A stretch of 64,000 nt of DNA, taken from contig CM059449.1 of the NCBI GenBank assembly GCA_030390025.1, forward strand, positions 15,562,001 to 15,626,000. Reading direction: 5' to 3'. Each line of letters starts with the position of its first letter. The first letter of the stretch is position 1. This DNA is from Squalus acanthias (Eukaryota). The notes beneath the pieces were generated by a model, which saw only the letters and a program-made list of their open reading frames with translations, was not told the DNA's origin and did not search any database. Of the stretch, positions 61,601-64,000 are shown piece after piece. The position numbers and the translations under genes are program-made.

Positions 61601-64000
61601 AGCCCTGCAGATTACAGCACCCCACGTGCACATCCAAGTACTTTTTAAATGTGGTTAGGGTTCCTGCCTCTACCAACCTTTCAGGCAGTCAGTTCCAGAC
61701 CCACACAACCCACTGGGTGAAGAAATTTCCCCTCAAATCCCCTCTAAAATTTCCACTAATTACTGTAAATCAGTGCCTCTTGGTTTTTGACCCCTCTGCT
61801 GAGGGAAATAGGTCCTTTCTATCCACTTTATCTCTGCCCCTCAAAATGTTATCCATCTCAAAAGGTCTGCCCTCAGCCTCCTCTGTTCCAAGGAAAACAG
61901 ACCCAGCCTATCCAGTCTTTCCTCATAGCTAAGATTCTCTACTCCCGGCAACATCCTTGTAAATCTCCTCTGAAAACTCTCTAGTGCAATCACATCTTTC
62001 CTGTAATGTGGTGACCAGAACTGCACGCAGTAATCTAGCTGAGGCCTAACTGTGTTTCATACAGTTGAAGTATAACCCCCCTGCTCTTGTTTTCTATGCC
62101 ACGGCTAATAAAGGCAAGCATTCCGTATGCCTTCTTAACCACCTTAACAACCTCGCCTGCTACCTTCAGGGATGTGTGGGCATGCATTCCAAGGTCTCTC
62201 TGTTCCTCTATGCTTCTCAGTATCCTACTATTTAATGTGTATTCCTTTGCCTTATTAGCACGCCCCAAGTGCATCATACTTCTCCAGATTTTTTTTATTC
62301 CTTCACAGGATGTGCGCATTGCTGAGAAGGCCAGCAATTATTGCCCATCACCCAATTGCCTTGCGACGGTGGCAGTGAGTTGCCTTCTTGATTAACTGGC
62401 TTGCTAGGCCATTTCAGAGGGCAGTTAAGAGCTTACCACATTTCTGTGGGTCTGGAGTCACATATAGGCCGGATTAGGTCAGGACGGCAGATTTCCTTCC
62501 CTAAAGACATTAGTGCACCAGATGGGTTTTTACGAAAATCTGGTAGTTTCATGTAATTAGTGTAATTCATTTAATTTAAATTCTTCAGCTGCAGTGGTGG
62601 AGATATGAACTCATATCTTCGGATCATTTGTCCAGGCCTCTGAAGTACTAGACCAGTAACATAACCATTATGGTACCGTACCCCCAATTCCATTTGCCAC
62701 TTTTCTGACCAGCTGAACAGCCATTGATATATTCCTGCATTCTACAGCTTTCATCCTCATTACCAATCAAACGGCCAATTTATGTATCATCTGCAAACTT
62801 CTTCATCATGCCCCTTACTTGAAGTCTATATCGATTCTATCTTTTAATGTAGTATCGCTGCAAGATAGTAATTGTTTCCAAGTAATTGATTAACTTTCTC
62901 TGAATCAAGGTGTATAAAATTATGAGAGGCCTCGACAGAGTGGATAGGAAGGACCTATTTCCCTTAGCAGAATGGTCAATAACCAGGGGCCATAGATTTA
63001 AATTAATTGGTAGAAGGATTAGGGAGGATTTGAGGAGAATGCTTTAACCCAGAGGGTGGTGGGGATCTGGAACTCACTGCCTGAAAGGGTGGTAGAGGCA
63101 GAAACCCTCATGGCATGTAAACTGTACTTGGATATACACACGAAGTGCTGTAACCTACAGTGCTACGGACCAAGAGCTGGAAAGTGGGATTAGGCTGCAG
63201 AGCTGTTTTTCGGCCGGCACAGTCAGTTTGGGACGAATGGCCTCCTTCTGTACCATAAACTTCTATGATTATAAGAAGCCTATATTTGTGAAGGAGGAGG
63301 GATGGTCCTGGTTATGTCAAGCTTATGGATTTTTAACGAGCTGCAAGTCGACCATTCTTGACTTGATTCTAAGATCAGCACCTCCTTACAGAGCCGTGTT
63401 GCTATTGCGAAACATAAACAGGAAACGCTGAAAGTGCTCAGCATGTCAGTCGACATAGAATCATAGAATCATAGAAAGTAACAGCACGGAAGGAGGCCAT
63501 TTCGGCCCATCGTGTCCGCACCGGCCAACAAAGAGCTATCCAGCCTAATCCCACTTCCCAGCTCTTGGTCCGTAGCCCTGCAGATTACAGCACCCCACGT
63601 GCACATCCAAGTACTTTTTAAATGTGGTTAGGGTTCCTGCCTCTACCACCCTTTCAGGCAGTCAGTTCCAGACCCACACAACCCACTGGGTGAAGAAATT
63701 TCCCCTCAAATCTCCTCTAAAATTTCCACTAATTACTGTAAATCAGTGCCCCTTGGTTTTTGACCCCTCTGCTGAGGGAAATAGGTCCTTTCTATCCACT
63801 TTATCTCTGCCCCTCAAAATGTTATCCATCTCAATAAGTTCTGCCCTCAGCCTCCTCTTTTCCAAGGAAAACAGACCCAGCCTATCCAGTCTTTCCTCAT
63901 AGCTAAGATTCTCTACTCCCGGCAACATCCTTGTAAATCTCCTCTGAAAACTCTCTAGTGCAATCACATCTTTCCTGTAATGTGGTGACCAGAACTGCAC
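55610..64000. repeat. Tandem array of ~1.97-kb units built from CR1 and SINE fragments plus short unique spacers (runs off the window)
   Basis: Landmark tcagtcgaca at 57531, 59506, 61481 and 63446 (periods 1975, 1975, 1965); the leftmost unit is more diverged. Confidence 0.95.

Noticed and set aside
55610-64000. CRISPR-like or prokaryotic repeat system
   Set aside because: Units are ~2 kb of vertebrate retroposon fragments, with no short repeat-spacer structure or cas genes; the window is eukaryotic.

Overview
Eukaryotic, repeat-dense genomic DNA, most likely from a cartilaginous fish (CR1 LINEs, HE1-like tRNA SINEs, Penelope repeats, shark-type NKp30 genes). Most ORFs in the supplied track are transposon debris or noise. 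The real genes are two divergently oriented, intron-containing NKp30/NCR3-family receptors, each with one germline-joined VJ-type Ig domain. Gene A (minus strand, about 11.5-19.5 kb) has an uncharged TM and two canonical ITIMs, so it is inhibitory-type. Gene B (plus strand, V exon 25.6 kb, TM exon 27.5 kb) has Lys and Glu in its TM segment and a stop right after it, so it is activating-type. Downstream of gene B lies an array of paired micro-exons (22/25 nt + 35 nt, phases 1-2-1), each pair placing one YxxI motif. Some pairs are intact and some are dead, and the same module occurs in gene A. A decayed V exon (1.6-2.3 kb) and a truncated copy of gene B's TM exon (7.5 kb) suggest further paralog remnants. 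Also present: a young 8.4 kb class I ERV (521 bp LTRs, PBS-Gln, GGTC TSD) with remnants of two different envelope-like genes and a fold-back triplication; Penelope-derived repeats carrying minimal hammerhead ribozymes, including a perfect 96 bp-arm hairpin insertion; and a ~1.97 kb-period tandem array at the right end. All exon models were derived by eye from splice signals and phase continuity and need RNA-seq confirmation.
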